From Camelus dromedarius (Eukaryota), in contig NC_087437.1 of assembly GCF_036321535.1 (NCBI RefSeq), positions 77,068,001 to 77,132,000 of the forward strand: a DNA stretch of 64,000 nt. The letters run 5' to 3'. This document shows positions 1 through 14,078 of this stretch, piece after piece. Both the position numbers and the translations under genes were made by a program. The notes beneath the pieces were generated by a model. The model was not told the origin of the DNA and searched no databases. It was given only the letters and a program-made list of their open reading frames with translations. Numbering within the stretch: the first letter of the stretch is position 1; each line of letters opens with the position of its first letter.

Positions 1-149
1 AGCAAGGGAAATGTGATCAGTACATTATGGCTGGCAGCGGAAATTATCACATTAAGGAAATTTTGTGACTGATAAGAAAAGGGGTGATGGTATTACTCCC
101 TAATTTACTGAGAAATGGAGAAATGTAAGGCTCCCCACATGCAAATACT

Positions 150-1070
150 CATCTCCCATCTTTTTCATTCTTAAAATCACCCCACAGCTTCTCCCTCTCT
201 TTTCTACTTTGCAGCCTCTGAGAAGGGATAATCTTTTTTAACCAAGGCTGGTCCTTCTGCTTGTGCTCTAATCCCACCCATTGTTCTGTCTTCCCTAGGA
301 CTTTGGTTTATCAATTATGGCCGTTTAAATTATCTATCAATTTGCACATGTTTCTTTAAATTTTCATTTCCAACTATTTTCTTTCCCTCCGTCTGCAAAG
401 GTGCTTGGGATGAGCAACAAACAACTCCCTGAGAAAAATAAACAAAAATACAAACTTCTCCAAATGTTGCTGCCCCAAAACTGCTTACTGTTTCATCACT
501 TTCTTTCCATTTTCTTTCAGTAATCTTAGAAAAGGAATGTATCGTAACGGCCTTATCGTCCACATAGTTAACTTATTTTAAATACTTATAATTCTATACC
601 TAATGAAACTGTGGTCTCATAGATTAATTAACAAGTTTATTTAATTCTTCTTCAATTCTGATTCCAGTGTTGAAGCTTCTCTGGTGTATTTTCCTGGCCA
701 GTGTTTATCATTGCCTCCTAAATTTCTGAATTCACTGATTTTTTTCCTCTTACTTTCCTTTTCCATTCACTTTCACCACAAAGCCCTGGCTCTACTTTCG
801 AGCTAAATTCAGGAATGTATGAAAGCCCTGGCTTTGCTTTACTTCACTCTTCTGTACTTACTTTCTTGGTGACCATATGCATTCTCTTAGTCACAAGTTC
901 ATTCCTATTCTTTTGCATTTCAAGTGTATTTACTACTGATCTAACTTATTCCTAAGATGCTAACATTCATTTTTAGATATGAATAACTTGCTAATAGCAC
1001 AGTTTCAAAATCTAAAATTTAAATGGATAGACAATATCTAAACCTAAAGTTTTTAATTTTTTAAACTTGC

Positions 1071-1101
<31 letters not shown>

Positions 1102-1300
1102 CTCCCAATCAACAGTCCCAAGATACTAACTTGAAATCTTGGTGATAAAGCTTGCTTCTTCTTTCCTCTAACCTTACACATCAACTCAGATATCCTGTCC
1201 ATAGATGAATTCTCCTGTGTTTCATTTATATTCTCCTTCCTTTTCATGATTACAGGCAACATTTGAGTTCAGGATTTTGTTACCTCCTATTATGTTGCCT
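150..1300. mobile_element. L2 fragments
   Basis: Pyrimidine-rich L2-like relics (CTGCTTGTGCTCTAATCCCACC, ACTTGAAATCTTGGTGA, TTGAGTTCAGG); contains a 27-nt poly-T at 1074-1100. Confidence 0.5.
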
Positions 1301-1770
1301 TATTTAATATGAACATTTTCTAATAGGGTTCCCTCATTCAATCTCTTTTATAAGATTGGTTTGTACTCATACCCTCTACTTCTCTCTGCTTTGTCTCTAA
1401 TTCCGTGAGATGACAGTGCCTTTCCCTATTCTGATACTTCTCTCTCAATAACTGCTTTTTTTTTATTCTTAAAGTGGTTTGATAATACCACATTTTTTTG
1501 CCAAGAAGACCTTATAGATTTTTGATTTTTAACCCAATTAAAGAAAAACTCTTACCCCTACATCTATTTGCCATAATCATCAAAGCCACCAACATCATAT
1601 CTGAAACCACTTCTATACTGTAATTTTTCTAAATTATAGATCTGTGCTCATTTGATTGGCAACAACTCTATGAAATAAGTATTCATATTTCCCCTTGATA
1701 AATGGCAGAGCTGCAACTCAGAAAGTTAGCTACTCAAAGCCACAAAAGTGTATCCTTCAGGGTAGGGAGT

Positions 1771-2127
1771 GTAATTGACCATGGCTTCAGCTGCTGGGCT
1801 CTGAAATCCATCACCATGTATGCACCAAAGTCACAGTTCCTAAGGGCTCCCATTCAATGACTGGGAGATACAAGACTCCTCTGACAAACAACTTTGACTC
1901 AAGGACTTACTACTAATGTTTTATAAGTTTTCCTGAGCTACACTGCAGTCTAAAACCATCCTTCCTTCCTTCTCTTTCTCCTTAACAAGTGACGTAAATC
2001 ATGGTCTGACAACTTTCTTGATCTTCTCTAGCTCCCTCCCATTTTCTCTCATGAGCATTTACTTCAATCAACTCTTGCATGCCTAATGCTGTCTTGATAT
2101 GTGCTTCTCAGAAGACCCATACTAACA
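1771..2127 (+). mobile_element. Old ERVL-type solo LTR (LTR16/LTR33/LTR41-like)
   Basis: Begins near TGT; 3' end CTCTTGCATGCCTAATGCTGTCTTGATATGTGCTTCTCAGAAGACCCATACTAACA is typical of these LTRs. Subfamily uncertain. Confidence 0.65.
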
Positions 2128-3159
2128 GAGTTACACCACCACTTAGAAGCTGAGCTAAAACTTGTACTGTAGAGTATCCATCTCCAAACCTAGTATACTT
2201 AACTAATATATAGGCTCCATCCACATTCACAGATTTTTCACCCGTCTTTAATCCACCACTCTCCACCCAAACCAGGCTGCTGTCCATTTCCATTCCATTA
2301 CCTTCCATTTTGAATGCCTTTCAATCTCCCTCTCAACATATACATTTCTTTTCAAGGTCTATTTCAAATAGTGCCTATCCTTCAAAGCTTAAAAAAAAAA
2401 TCATTTTCCCTAACTTGAATTCTCTCTTCACTGCATCTCTATTTGTGCTTCTTTTATTGGTTTAGGGAAGATTTTAACATGTTGTCTAAAATAGTGCTGA
2501 AATATATATTAGCTGCATTCTAATTTCTACTACTGACTTCGTATTGGACTTTAATTATAGGTCCGTGTGACATGGTGCCTTCCATGCTTCACTTTATCCA
2601 GTCTTACTATAAGCAGATACAAACAGAAACAATTTCCAGACTACAGAAATAATCTTTATTGTGTTGAGGTCCAATGGGGCTTGAAAATATATAAATATCT
2701 ACTATAGCATTGTATCAAAATAGTGGCTTTTATTCACTAGGATTTCTATACCATCAATGAAATAACTTGCCTGATATTACTGGTCAATTATAAGATTCCT
2801 AAGAGTAGTTATTTCTTTTAATTAGATCATCAATTAAATGATCTCTGATGACCTCTCTTTCTCTGTGTCTCTCTCATTCTTGCTCTAGCTCTCTCTCTAT
2901 CTCTTTCTTTCTAGAAGAAATACTATATGCATCCATTTTTCTTTTTCTATATTCAGTTGATGGGGATATGAAGAACAAAAGGTTTCCTTCAGACATTGTT
3001 GCAAAGATAAGTTGATTCTTCTAAAAGTAATTTAGATCTAGGCATTAAGCATCTATAGCTGCTGGCATCACAAAAAAGGATGACTAGAGGCTGTGTCTCT
3101 TGATAGAACTTATAACTGTGACATAATCTTGTCAAAAATGAATAAAATATAGGAGAAAC

Positions 3160-3640
3160 TGAATTTAAAAGAAATCTTTAGATCCAGATGTTAATTTAAA
3201 GAAAATACACATGACTAATGAACATGTCAGGTGACACTACAAAGATGCAGTCAGTACCACGGTTCTTTTTTCCAACATTTAAATTGCAAGTAAGGAAAAT
3301 AAAATTGAAGGAGATCCTTATAAATTAAAAAAGATTTAAACAACATATCGACAATTTGCAATATGTACTCCTTATTATTATCCTGATTCATTAAGAAAAA
3401 TAACATATATAAGACAATTAGAAATTTGAGCATTTAAGCAGGTATTCAATGATGTTAAGATGTTATTGTAAACACTTAAGTAATAATTGGCATCAAAGTT
3501 ATATTTTTTTAAAAAGAAGCATTCTTCAGAGATACATACTAATGTATTTATTGCTGATGGACTCTGGTTACATAGGGTGTTCTATTTTCTATGTTTGAAC
3601 ATCTGTAATAACTGCCTTGTACAATTAGTATAAAATAAAG
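3160..3640 (+). mobile_element. L1MC-like 3' end fragment
   Basis: Motifs TAAAAAAGATTTAAACAACATATCGAC, TTTCAGAGATACATACT and GGTTACATAGGGTGTTCTATT. Confidence 0.55.
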
Positions 3641-4619
3641 AGAAAGACAGTGGCTGACTGAATAAGCAACAAAAGCTAAGTGCCCTTCTTGCGGACTCTG
3701 TCACCCTCAGTCTTGGACCCTCTGTGTTAGTCTCCACTAGTCTGCACTGTTCCGCAGTGTGGGTTGTCCCGTGTTAGTTCCTACTGCAGTGATGAGGCCT
3801 CAGAGAGTAGTCATAAGCCCTAAATCACAAGCTCCTGCTTGGTCAGACGTAATATTAGGTGAAAATGGGGATTAGAACAGCCAAGAGATTCAGGACACAC
3901 CTGTTTTTGTCAATCCATTTTATTCCTAGGTGGAATAGTGAAATTACTGTCAGAAAATGTTTTTAATGAGCAAAGAGTTAATATAAAGATACTCGATGAT
4001 TTTATGAAATAGTGTTATCAACGCTGATCTATGCCTGTCTTTACACTACGATAGGGATAAAACTGCTAAGCAAACCAGGAAACCTGTGATAGTAGCCAGA
4101 GCAGCCCATTTCTATTCAATAAGGCCATCATTATACTGAACAGTTTTTGCTGTTTGTCTCTTGTGTTTCAGACTCAAGGCAGAACATTTTTGTTATTACA
4201 GTGTGATGTGTTTAGGTGCACAAGGCATAGCTTGCTTATCACTGCATCTCTCCACCAGCACAATTTTGTAACATGTAAATGGTTCTTAATACTTATTGAA
4301 TAAGTAAATAGATAAATGAATTCATGTGACTTTTACATTATATTACATTCATTACATTTTAAGTTAACATCTTTTTGAGGGATTTGGGATTCTAAATAGT
4401 GAGTCATTAAATGCAGTAGTTAGTTTCGTCAGTTTTATATTAATACCATTAGCTTCAGTGACAAGGGGGTATTTTCTCAGTAGGTCTGCTTGCTCCGGGC
4501 TGTAGCTCATACGGACTGCATAGCATCACATAGTATAGAGGAAACACTGAGTTTAAGTCCCAGCTCAAGGTAACCTTTACCACACTGACCTATTTGCTCT
4601 TCCTCAATAGCGACAGCTT

Positions 4620-5230
4620 TGTGTCTTCCATGTCTTTGTCTGTTCTGTTTCTTCTGCCCTGAATGCTCTTTTCTCCCTGTTTGTTTGGCCAACCCTCACA
4701 TTTCCTTGAAGACTCAACTCAGGCCATGCCTCCTCTAGGGAGCCTTCTCTAAGCACCCCTGGCCTGGATGAGGTGATGCCTCTCTTCTGCACTAAGGAGA
4801 CCCTTCAGGCTTGCCACCGCAGAGTTCACAGCACTGCAACACAGTCATCTGTTCATTTATTTCTCCCCCAGCCCTGTGTCGCTCCTCCTCTTCCATCTCA
4901 GCCTGGAACACACGTACACACACACACACACAGAGACACACACACATACTCACTCAATAATAAAATATCTAAGAGTAAGAACTATGCCTACTTCTTTTTT
5001 TTTTAATGATCCTATTTGATTTTTTTTTTTCGAGAGGGGGGTAATTAGGTTTAGTTAGTTAGTTAGTTTTTCAATGGAGGCACCTGGGATTGAACCCAGG
5101 ATCTAGTGCATGCTAAGCATGCGCTCTACCACTTGAGCTATACCCTCCCCCCATGCCTACTTCTTTGTATCCTCAGTGCCTAGAATAATGGCTAGTACGC
5201 AACTGGTGCTCAATGAATCTTCAGTTGTTG
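4620..5230. mobile_element. L2 3' region interrupted by a CA repeat and the SINE
   Basis: CCTTGAAGACTCAACTCAGG...CCTCCTCTAGGGAGCCTTCTCT and TTTGTATCCTCAGTGCCTAGAATAATGGCT...GGTGCTCAATGAAT. Confidence 0.65.
4998..5152 (-). mobile_element. tRNA-derived SINE, camelid vic-1-like
   Basis: Minus strand GGGGGGAGGGTATAGCTCAAGTGGTAGAGCGCATGCTTAGCATGCAC...CCTGGGTTCAATCCC (A and B boxes), tail AAACCTAATTACCCCC and poly-A. Perfect 14-bp TSD ATGCCTACTTCTTT at 4984-4997 and 5153-5166. Confidence 0.9.
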
Positions 5231-6109
5231 ACATGACTTAAAATTAAATAGTTGTATGAAGTTATCATTAAACTTTCATTTCCCATGTAAGTGGAAAATT
5301 TTTCTTTGTCATGAGATGAAACAAACATACACCTCAAAATGATATGACTCCTACTGGTAATGAAAGGAGAGTCACCTTCACAACCAGTTTGACATCACAA
5401 TTACCTGGTATGATTTAGGGAGCATCTAAAGGACTTAGCCTTCCTACTTGTAAATAACATTCTGGCTGTGACACAATGCCTGAAATACCATAATTATTCA
5501 CTCCTATGATTTAGGTATAAATGCTGCTGTTACAGTAAAAAGTTAACTTTCAGAGGAAACTCGTTTGATAGTTTGCCAGGTAGCATGGTATTTAAGTAGT
5601 GAACATAGGTCAGATAAATTTGAAGAGAGGAAATGAATTCCAAATATATAGAGAATGGTTCCTTGGTAACCCAAGAGCATCATGAGGACACAGTGCTAGT
5701 AAGTTGTTACTGGAATGTGGTAGGTACTAAATATAACCTCCCCAGCTTCCCTGAGTACCAGTTCTGAATAGCACCCACTTAGCAGTGCTACTGACTGGAG
5801 GTGCACAATAAGTCCTTACAGGATTTCCTAAAGTTCAGTCAATTAAATTCCACTTTCCTGATGTTACTATGTCTGGGTATCATTTATACTATTATTTAAT
5901 ATTTCTATTTAGATTAATTCACTTTAAATTTAATGTCTATGATAGTCTCCTCTCAAAATCCTATCTGTGAAATCATGGGTTAAATATGCTTTTTTTCCTA
6001 ATACATATTAAGATAATAACATAACTACTAAAATAATTGAATTCACCTGGCATTTTAAGTTGGAAAACACTTAAGAAATTATTCTCTGAAATTAGGTTGA
6101 CCAAGGTTT

Positions 6110-6310
6110 AATTAGTGTCTAAAATTTACTTACTATATCTTCAGACAATTTATTTAAATGATCTGAGCTTCAAGCTGTTTATCAGTAAAACGGGGCCAAT
6201 AATAATGCGTACACTTTAGAGTTCTGAGGATAAAATATAAGGAAGACTGTAAAGAACTTAGCACACTGCATGCCTTGAGAATATAGCAGATACTCAGTAA
6301 AGTTTAATGC
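6110..6310 (+). mobile_element. MIR
   Basis: CTGAGCTTCAAGCTGTTTATCAGTAAAACGGGG...GAACTTAGCACACTG...ACTCAGTAAAG. Confidence 0.6.
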
Positions 6311-8004
6311 TTATTTAAAACTTAATCATCAATAATGTCGTCTCAAATGTTACACTCAAACGTTATTCTCAAAGAACTCCAAATACATCACTTTCTTTGA
6401 CATTGCCTGATTTACACTTGAGGCCTTGAAGCGGCAGTTAGTGTTATCTCTGCTTTATGAAGCCACATTTTACTGAAACAGAAATGAGCTAGCCTATGGA
6501 TTCCCAATAGTTCATGATTATAATGCTTTCCTGTTTAGTTTTTCGTGTAATCAAGGTTGACTTGAGTCATTGTATAACGAAAGATTTAAGGAATTGTTGT
6601 TAATAAATGGGTTAAATAAACAATACAAGGTAATTAAATCACTAGAAATACTTAATTTTGAAAAATTATAAAATTAAACAAAACTTGAACTTCATAGATG
6701 CTACTGAACAGATACATAAAAACAGACACGAATGTTTATGCACATCAATATGGGATCTGAGAGAGAAGGAGATGGGGAGAGAGAGGAGAGAGAGTTCTCT
6801 TTCTGTGTGGGGTCCTGCAAGCACAGAGGGAAACAATAACTTACTTAAGCAATATAGATACTTTTTTCAGCACTAAGAAAGTGATACACTAAAGTGCAAA
6901 GTAAATTCAAGAAGTCTGTAGTGGGAGAAGGAAATGAAACAACTTACTCTAGCAATTTAAAGTTTTGGTTTTTTTTTTTTTATGATTTTAGACAATCAGT
7001 TTTGTTATTGGTATGAGCTCACTATTGAATAAATGAAAATAAAATTAAAGCGCATAATCTCAAGTTTGAGTTGGACAAATGGGAGCTACTATTTTAAAGC
7101 TTAAAGCTTTCTTAAGTCATAGCATTTTAATAATATCAGAGCCCCCCAGTTTTAAATTTCTGTGGTTTGTTGAGTCTGGTCTATTGAGCCCAGTCTCAAC
7201 AAGTGACATCTGAACATCTGTGGCCCTGTTCCCACACATCATAGCTTCATTTAGCATTTCAGTTTTACAACATGTGGTTCACACTTCTTTTCACCTCTGC
7301 ATAATATGAGCTACCCTGTTATTTTAACTGTTTATCCCTCAGGGTGCTTCTGTCAGTCAGTAAATATTATTTAAAGATGAAGATGATAGTTTTCAAACAT
7401 CTATCTGTAGAGTATAGTGTACGTTGGCCATTTGGATAAATGTGAAAGCTGATTTTTTTTAATATAGTCTCTTTGAGTTTCTCTTAAGGTGAAAGGGAAA
7501 ATTGAGTTCAGCCATTTTTTCACATTCAATTTTTGTTCTTTCTTGCCTTTCTCATCCTCCTGTAATAATCTGTCCTATTTTGTCTTTAGATTTTTTCCTT
7601 TTCCCTCACCTTGCACTTTCCTGAATGCTTGTGTTTGCATATTTTCCAAACTGAATTTCACTACTGCAAAAAAGTAAATCCTTTTCAAAATACTAGAGTT
7701 TTGCAAAAAAAAAAATTGCAATTTTTCCTTGTAAATACCATAATATTTTTGGGAAAAATTTAATACAGGAAGCTGGGTGGAACATATCTACTGAATAAGA
7801 ACAAATAAAACATTAGACTTCTTCAGCTTGGAAACATAAAGTTTAAAAGTGACCTGTATTTGTTTCATAAATGTTGATTCAGTACCTTTTATATCTCAGA
7901 TCCTGTATAAGTTTTGCTATATAGCAGTGAACAAAAGAAAAACAATTCCTGCTCTCATGAAGCTTGCATTCAAGCATCAGTAAAAAGTACAATGATATTT
8001 CTGG

Positions 8005-9161
8005 TCACAGGTTTAGAAGGCTTGGAGTGTAGATAATTGGCACAGGGTATTTCAGAAGAAAAGAATTCAAAATTAGAAATACAAAATTGGATATATAACT
8101 AAATATTTATTTAAAACTAAAAGCATTTCATAAAATTAAAAAAAAATTAAAGCTGATACATGCCACAGGCATTATAAAATTCAGGAAAATAGCATAATAC
8201 TTATATCAATAAACTATCTGACATGCTTCTATAATACTTTGTTCCCTAAAATTTTGGCTGTACAATTTTTATAGCCTCTTTACACATTAATGATTTTATA
8301 CCATTTTCTGTAGAGAGTATAGAAAAAAATTCAGGCATTTTGTCTAGAATGATTGAAATAAGTTTGTTTTATTATTGATAGTTTAGAAAAGTTTCAGTTT
8401 CACAACTCAATGAGAAATATAATGCTAAGTTGCACTTTATTATAAAGCAATGAAAAATACATGGTTAGCACACTGACATCCTCCATGGATACCTACAGGT
8501 TCGTTCTCTAAAAATTCAAGAATTCTAATTGTTAACATTTCATGGAAATAAAAAAGCTATTTATTGTGCATTGACAGTAATAGATACTGTATTATTGGGT
8601 ATATATGTAATAATAAAAAGAGCATATTTTCACTGAATAAGCATCAAGCAGAACTGAGTCTTCTGCTTAAATGTTTACGTGTCTGATGATTGGGAGAGGT
8701 TCCCACATACCACATTCCAAGCCTGTTTCCCCTCCACGGCCCACAGATTGCTAGTGCTGAGTACCGTAGGACTCATTCATCTCACAGTGTGACTGCTTAC
8801 CATGCACATACCATGGATTGTGTGCCTTGGCACCACAGGAGGCCAGCACTGACCTAACTCTTCATGGAAGGAGATGTGACCACATACATAAATCTCATTA
8901 AGCCCAAACTAAATATATCTTCAATGCAATTTCCACTTAGCTGGATTCACCCTTAATTGAATGCGAGGACTCAAGGGGAAGTCTACTGAAGGAAAGTCAG
9001 AGTGGAAAGAGGCAACTGACTTATGCAACTGTGGCTAAAATCTACTTTTGCAAATCTTAAAAAAGCATTACTAGAACTCTTTTTGGAGCTTTGGAAGAAG
9101 CTTGAGCAAGTCAAAGGCTCTGGGGTTCAGCTACATTAGATTTACCATAAATCCATTTCTG
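8005..9161. mobile_element. hAT-Tip100-like DNA transposon relic
   Basis: AAGAAAAGAATTCAAAATTAGAAATACAAAATTGG near the left end and GCTACATTAGATTTACCATAAATCCATTTCTG at the right end resemble recalled Tip100-family termini. Confidence 0.45.
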
Positions 9162-12100
9162 TGGTCACAAATGAATTGAACACAGCTGTTTTATTTCTCT
9201 GGAGCTGACATTTCCAGAGAGACAGCATTACTCTTACCTATCCAAGGTAAACTCAGTTGATATCGAGTTTAACACTTAGTTAATTTAGCGTTTTCCTGGG
9301 TGGAGTTCTCTGGAAGTGATTATATATGACTCGTGCATTAGAGGAATATGGATCCAGAATTGTCCTCTATCTACACAAGCCTCCACTGAGGGTAAATCTC
9401 ACTTGGTTCCCACCGTCATATGTTTGCACCAATTGTTGCTATATGTGGTGTCCAAGTTTACACTATATTCACCCAACTGAACCGGCTCTCAACCTGGTGG
9501 CTCACTTTTAGTCATTTTCAAGGTTCTCTCAAATGTAATAGAAACAATTCAGGTGTTTCCGTTCACCACAATGGGTGGTGCTGACAATAACATGCTGACT
9601 GGGAGCTCACCCACCATCCCCATCTCTCAGCACTTGCAATTCCACTACTTTATTACCTCAATTGAAGAAGAATATGTCTAAGAAGCTCGTAGTCTTCCTG
9701 GTCTTTGCTCTGAGTTGTTTTCTTTACTCTTGGATCCCCCTTAACATACTAGAATTTCTAATGCCTTTGTTCCTCTAAGTCTTGGCCTGGAAGTTTGGGC
9801 ACTGGGTCCTCATCTCAGCTTAGTTTTACCATTCAGATCAACCTTGTTTCATAGGAGAGTCAAATTTTTATCTCCTTCTAGGACAGATTTAAGTCTTAGG
9901 AAGCATTCTACATTCTTTCCAATTCTGTCTATGTCTAATAGTTAAGATTTAGGAAAATTAAAAAGCAATTTTTCTGTGGACTATTTTCTTTTGCAATTGA
10001 AAGTCCTGATTTCAAGATATGTTTCTCTACCATGAATTAAAAAATATTGTGAGGCAATTCAATGGATTTTTTTCCTGGACACGAAATACTTTTCCTACTA
10101 GGCAATGAATGACATGGGAGCAATTAGTAGGGTGTCTTGAAACCATAAAACAGTTTGACCATAAAAATGTCTCTTTAAAATTTCCAGTCCTCATTCTACT
10201 ATAACTAAAACTGATGAAAATGAGCAATTTTAACAAGTGGTAATATATTAAATAAAGTAGATATCTTTAAAAATATTGTAACAGGAAAAAACCATGGTAT
10301 CTCCATGGAAATAACATGGTATATTACTTCAACTAGATAATAACATTGAAAAGTCTTGTTTTTATCAAAATTAAAATTGCTTCATTTTAATTATAAAATA
10401 ACTTAGTAATTATTTTTAAAATATTGTACAATGCATTATAAAATTGCCTGTAATTCCACTACCAAAAGATAATGCTAGTAATATTCCATGCTCTTATTCA
10501 AAACTTGAATTACTTATTCTAAGAGCTAATGTAGGCAGAAAATGAAAATAAATTTTACAAGTCCTTACAGTGGTTTACAAATGAAAGAAACAGATCTACA
10601 AGTGGAAAATGGAATATGTTTTACCATAAGTAATAACTACTATGACTTCCTGTTACACGTTTCTTTAGCTTCTATTGACAATATAGTCCTGGGCTGACCC
10701 ATGGTCAGCATAAAGTGGTTAATCAACAAAGCTCTGAGAAATATGGTGAAAGAGATTTTATTGAAGGTATCAGAGAGATGAATTGTTCACAGAAACAGGA
10801 GGATTCTTTTTATAACTGGAGCTGGAAATTGCCCCAGACTCCATAGCAGTTTTTATAACTCTTCCACTGAAGGAAGCAAAGATAAAATGAAGAGAGGAAA
10901 TATGAGTGCAGTGCAATGAGACAGGAAAGAAAAAATCCTGGGAAATCTGGCAGCTATCTTGGGCACATTGGAAAATATATGTTGGAGGACAAACATTTTC
11001 ATGTTTCAGCATTACACAAATCTCTAGAGAAGCAGCAAATTAGGGAAGGCAGTAAATTGAGCTTTAGCAATAGAGTTGATGACAACTCTGAACTCAAAGT
11101 CTGACTTTTGAACACTTGCAAAAAGCAATATTGAAAAACTATCTTTCACATACTCATATTAAAGCCCAGAAACTCAAATATGCCCACTTCAAAACAATCT
11201 AGAGTGACATGTGGAATAGGAAACCAAGTCTTGCCATGATGTTGGTGAGAAGGTCTTGGCAAGGCAGGATGGTAATAATTCTTTTAGCTTCAACCAGTTT
11301 TGTGTGTTAGCAGTTCCTTATGTAAAATTAAAATTAGTGTCACCTACTATGAAGTATTTATAGGACAAGCAATGTACAATATAATTATATGATAAATGCA
11401 TAATGTAGAAAGTAAACCTGAGAGAAAAGTCAGGCATAGAAGAGTAGGTAATGACCTGCAATTTTTGTGGAAAATATCTTAAAGCAAGTGTTATTTGAAC
11501 AGGACCTGAGAGTTAGAGAACAGATAACCAAAGTGGCTTTAGAAGGCTTTCAAAGCAGGGACAACAAAATTAAGTTATACAGATGAGCGTATTGTGACAC
11601 GAAGCAAGAGATACATGCAGACAGTGGGAAGGAAGGTAGGTAAGGTGAGTCACACAAGTTTTGTATAGTAAAAAAAAAAAAAGTATTAGTGTTGAGTTTA
11701 GTAAGTCGGGATTTTACTCTTAGACCTGATCCCAGCTCTCTGATTGACTGTAAGCAAAATTCTTGTCTGCATCTCATTTTCTGTGTAAAACGATGTTAGA
11801 CATAGCAGTTTTAAAATATGTTGTACATAGTAAAAACTAAAATATAGTAAATGCTTACTTTGTGAGCAAAGCCATGCTTTTAGCATCCATTTCATACTTG
11901 CAACTTTATGAGATAGATTATATTATTATTCCTATTTCAGATGTGGCAAAATTGATCATTGAAAAAAATTATTCAAGCTTATTTTGTAGCTAGTTGACTA
12001 GGCAAAAATACGATGAAAGGAAAAAATTTTAAGGAAAATGGGTCAGGCTGCTGTATATGGGAAACAGTATATAGGGCTGGAAATTTTGTAGGGAAGCAAA

Positions 12101-12254
12101 TCAGTTAAGACCATATTCTAGAAATCAACATACAGATTGATGAGAGATTAGAATTAGAACATGAAGGAAGAAACACGGAAGAAAGAATTAGCCTAGGAGG
12201 CATTTCAGTAAGTCTTACTGAAAACTAGTTATGGATATAAAAAAGAAGATGGGC

Positions 12255-12435
12255 AGATTATGGCTTTGGAGTCAGGAATGCCTGAATTTTACAGCCAATT
12301 CTGACACTTTCTATCTGGATCTTGAGCATTTGCTTAATCTTCTTGAAACTTAATTCCCTCACCTATAAAATAAGAGTCAGGATACCTACCATGTCAGTTG
12401 TTTAAAGGATGAAATTAGATACCATACAATGTACC
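12255..12435 (+). mobile_element. MIR
   Basis: GGCTTTGGAGTCAG...TTCCCTCACCTATAAAATAAG...AAGGATGAAATTAGAT. Confidence 0.65.
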
Positions 12436-12559
12436 AGTGCTGTCCCTCGCATTCCTTCATTGCTGTCTATTCCCATCATGCTGATGGCAGGTTTAGAATT
12501 TTCATCAAAGCATATTATAAACTGAAATACTAATGATACCATTTATTTTTTACAATGTC

Positions 12560-13010
12560 AATAGTAAACATTTACTGAGCATCTGTTATAAGCAGTCCAC
12601 TGCTAGCTTTGGGAAAATACAAAGAAACATATGATGCTGACCCTTTTTACCAATATTTTACAATCCACCAGGAAACATAAGAAACGTACATAAAGAGAGA
12701 ACAAAACTTCAAACCACCATATGATAATGCAATAAGAGAAGTACAAAGTACATTGAGAATTGAGAAATGAAGGAGCTTATTTCTGGCTATGGGATGAGGA
12801 GCATAAAACCATGATCTGACTCTTGCAGAGTAGGATTTCAACATACAGAATTGGCGTAACACCAGGTTTTTGAACCAGAGTGAAAAAAGGCATGTTGATA
12901 GGAAAATTACAAGAATACTGTGTTTAAAGTGGTGTGTGTATATTAGGGGAATAACAGAGGAAGAGTTATATATAGTTTGCAAGATTTTGAATGACAGGCC
13001 AGCATTGAAT
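12560..13010. mobile_element. L2 fragment
   Basis: AAACATTTACTGAGCATCTG...GGGAAAATACAAAG, followed by a purine-rich L2 body. Confidence 0.55.
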
Positions 13011-13529
13011 TTTATGCTTCAAGAAGCAGGGAGGGAGGTGACATTTCTTAAAACGGAAATACATAATAAAATTGGTGATGTAAGAAGACTAATAGACTAA
13101 AAAAAAAAAATGAAATTGTGGTGCTGGGGCAAGGTAATAAAGTAACTTGTGAATTCAAGATAAAAAATACAGTTTTAGCCATATCCTTTAACACAAGGAT
13201 CCTTTATTTCAGGAGAATTTCAATATGTTCCCTCTAAAGATCTTTTTTCTCCTTTATGACCAATTGTTCCTAAGGGTAAACGCAGAGTGCCAAAGATATA
13301 ACTGATATCAAAATTCTAAGGAAGGACTGAGAAGGCTGTGAAGAAAACCAAGAGTCTGGTAAGGTAGGTGCATATGAATTTGTGAGGACAGTATTTTAAG
13401 TTGGGATTTTGTTTTTCTCTTTTTGGAGGCTTGTAGACCAGGAATGTCTGCTATTGTTCTAAACACATGTTATTTAGATGAGAGAAGACAAAGAAGGGAA
13501 AATAGACATGTTATAGCATAGTTGTTCCT

Positions 13530-13735
13530 TCTCAGAAATCCTGGGTTCGAGTCCTATCTTGCAGTAGTTCTATAATAGTGGGCAAGCTTCATAATTTCTT
13601 TGTTCTTCAATGTTACCATCTTTAACATAGAGATAATAATACTTCATAGGGATATTGTGGAGGGTGAATGACAAACTGCATTGAATCAACTAGAAGATAC
13701 CTACCACATAGTAAATATTACATGATATTTAGCTT
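13530..13735 (+). mobile_element. MIR
   Basis: CCTGGGTTCGAGTCC...GGGCAAGC...GATAATAATACTTCATAGGGATATTGTG. Confidence 0.65.
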
Positions 13736-14078
13736 CTGTTGTCTTTAGTATCAATTATTTTTAGGTAAAATCCATTGCAATTGTTTAAGGAAATGTTAAC
13801 AATAATTCAGACTAGAATGTGTAACAGTAGAGCTGAAAAAGTTGAGAAAAAATTAGAGTATTGTGGTAACAAAAGGAGGGGCAGTTAACAAGATAATATG
13901 GGACAAATAAAAAAGAATAATAGCCCTTGAATTCATAGAACTGAAAAAACAAAAATAAAACCTATGGGCCAGTCCTAAAAAACCTGCCAGTCCTAAAATC
14001 AGCTAAAATAAAAACTTGTGATTGGGATAAGTTCTTAGAAATTGATAGGAAGTCATCACCAAAAAGTTACTGTTTTAT

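Noticed and set aside
5075..5152. tRNA-Ala-like gene
   Set aside because: It has a SINE tail, poly-A and TSD, and the acceptor stem is not intact. It is a SINE head.
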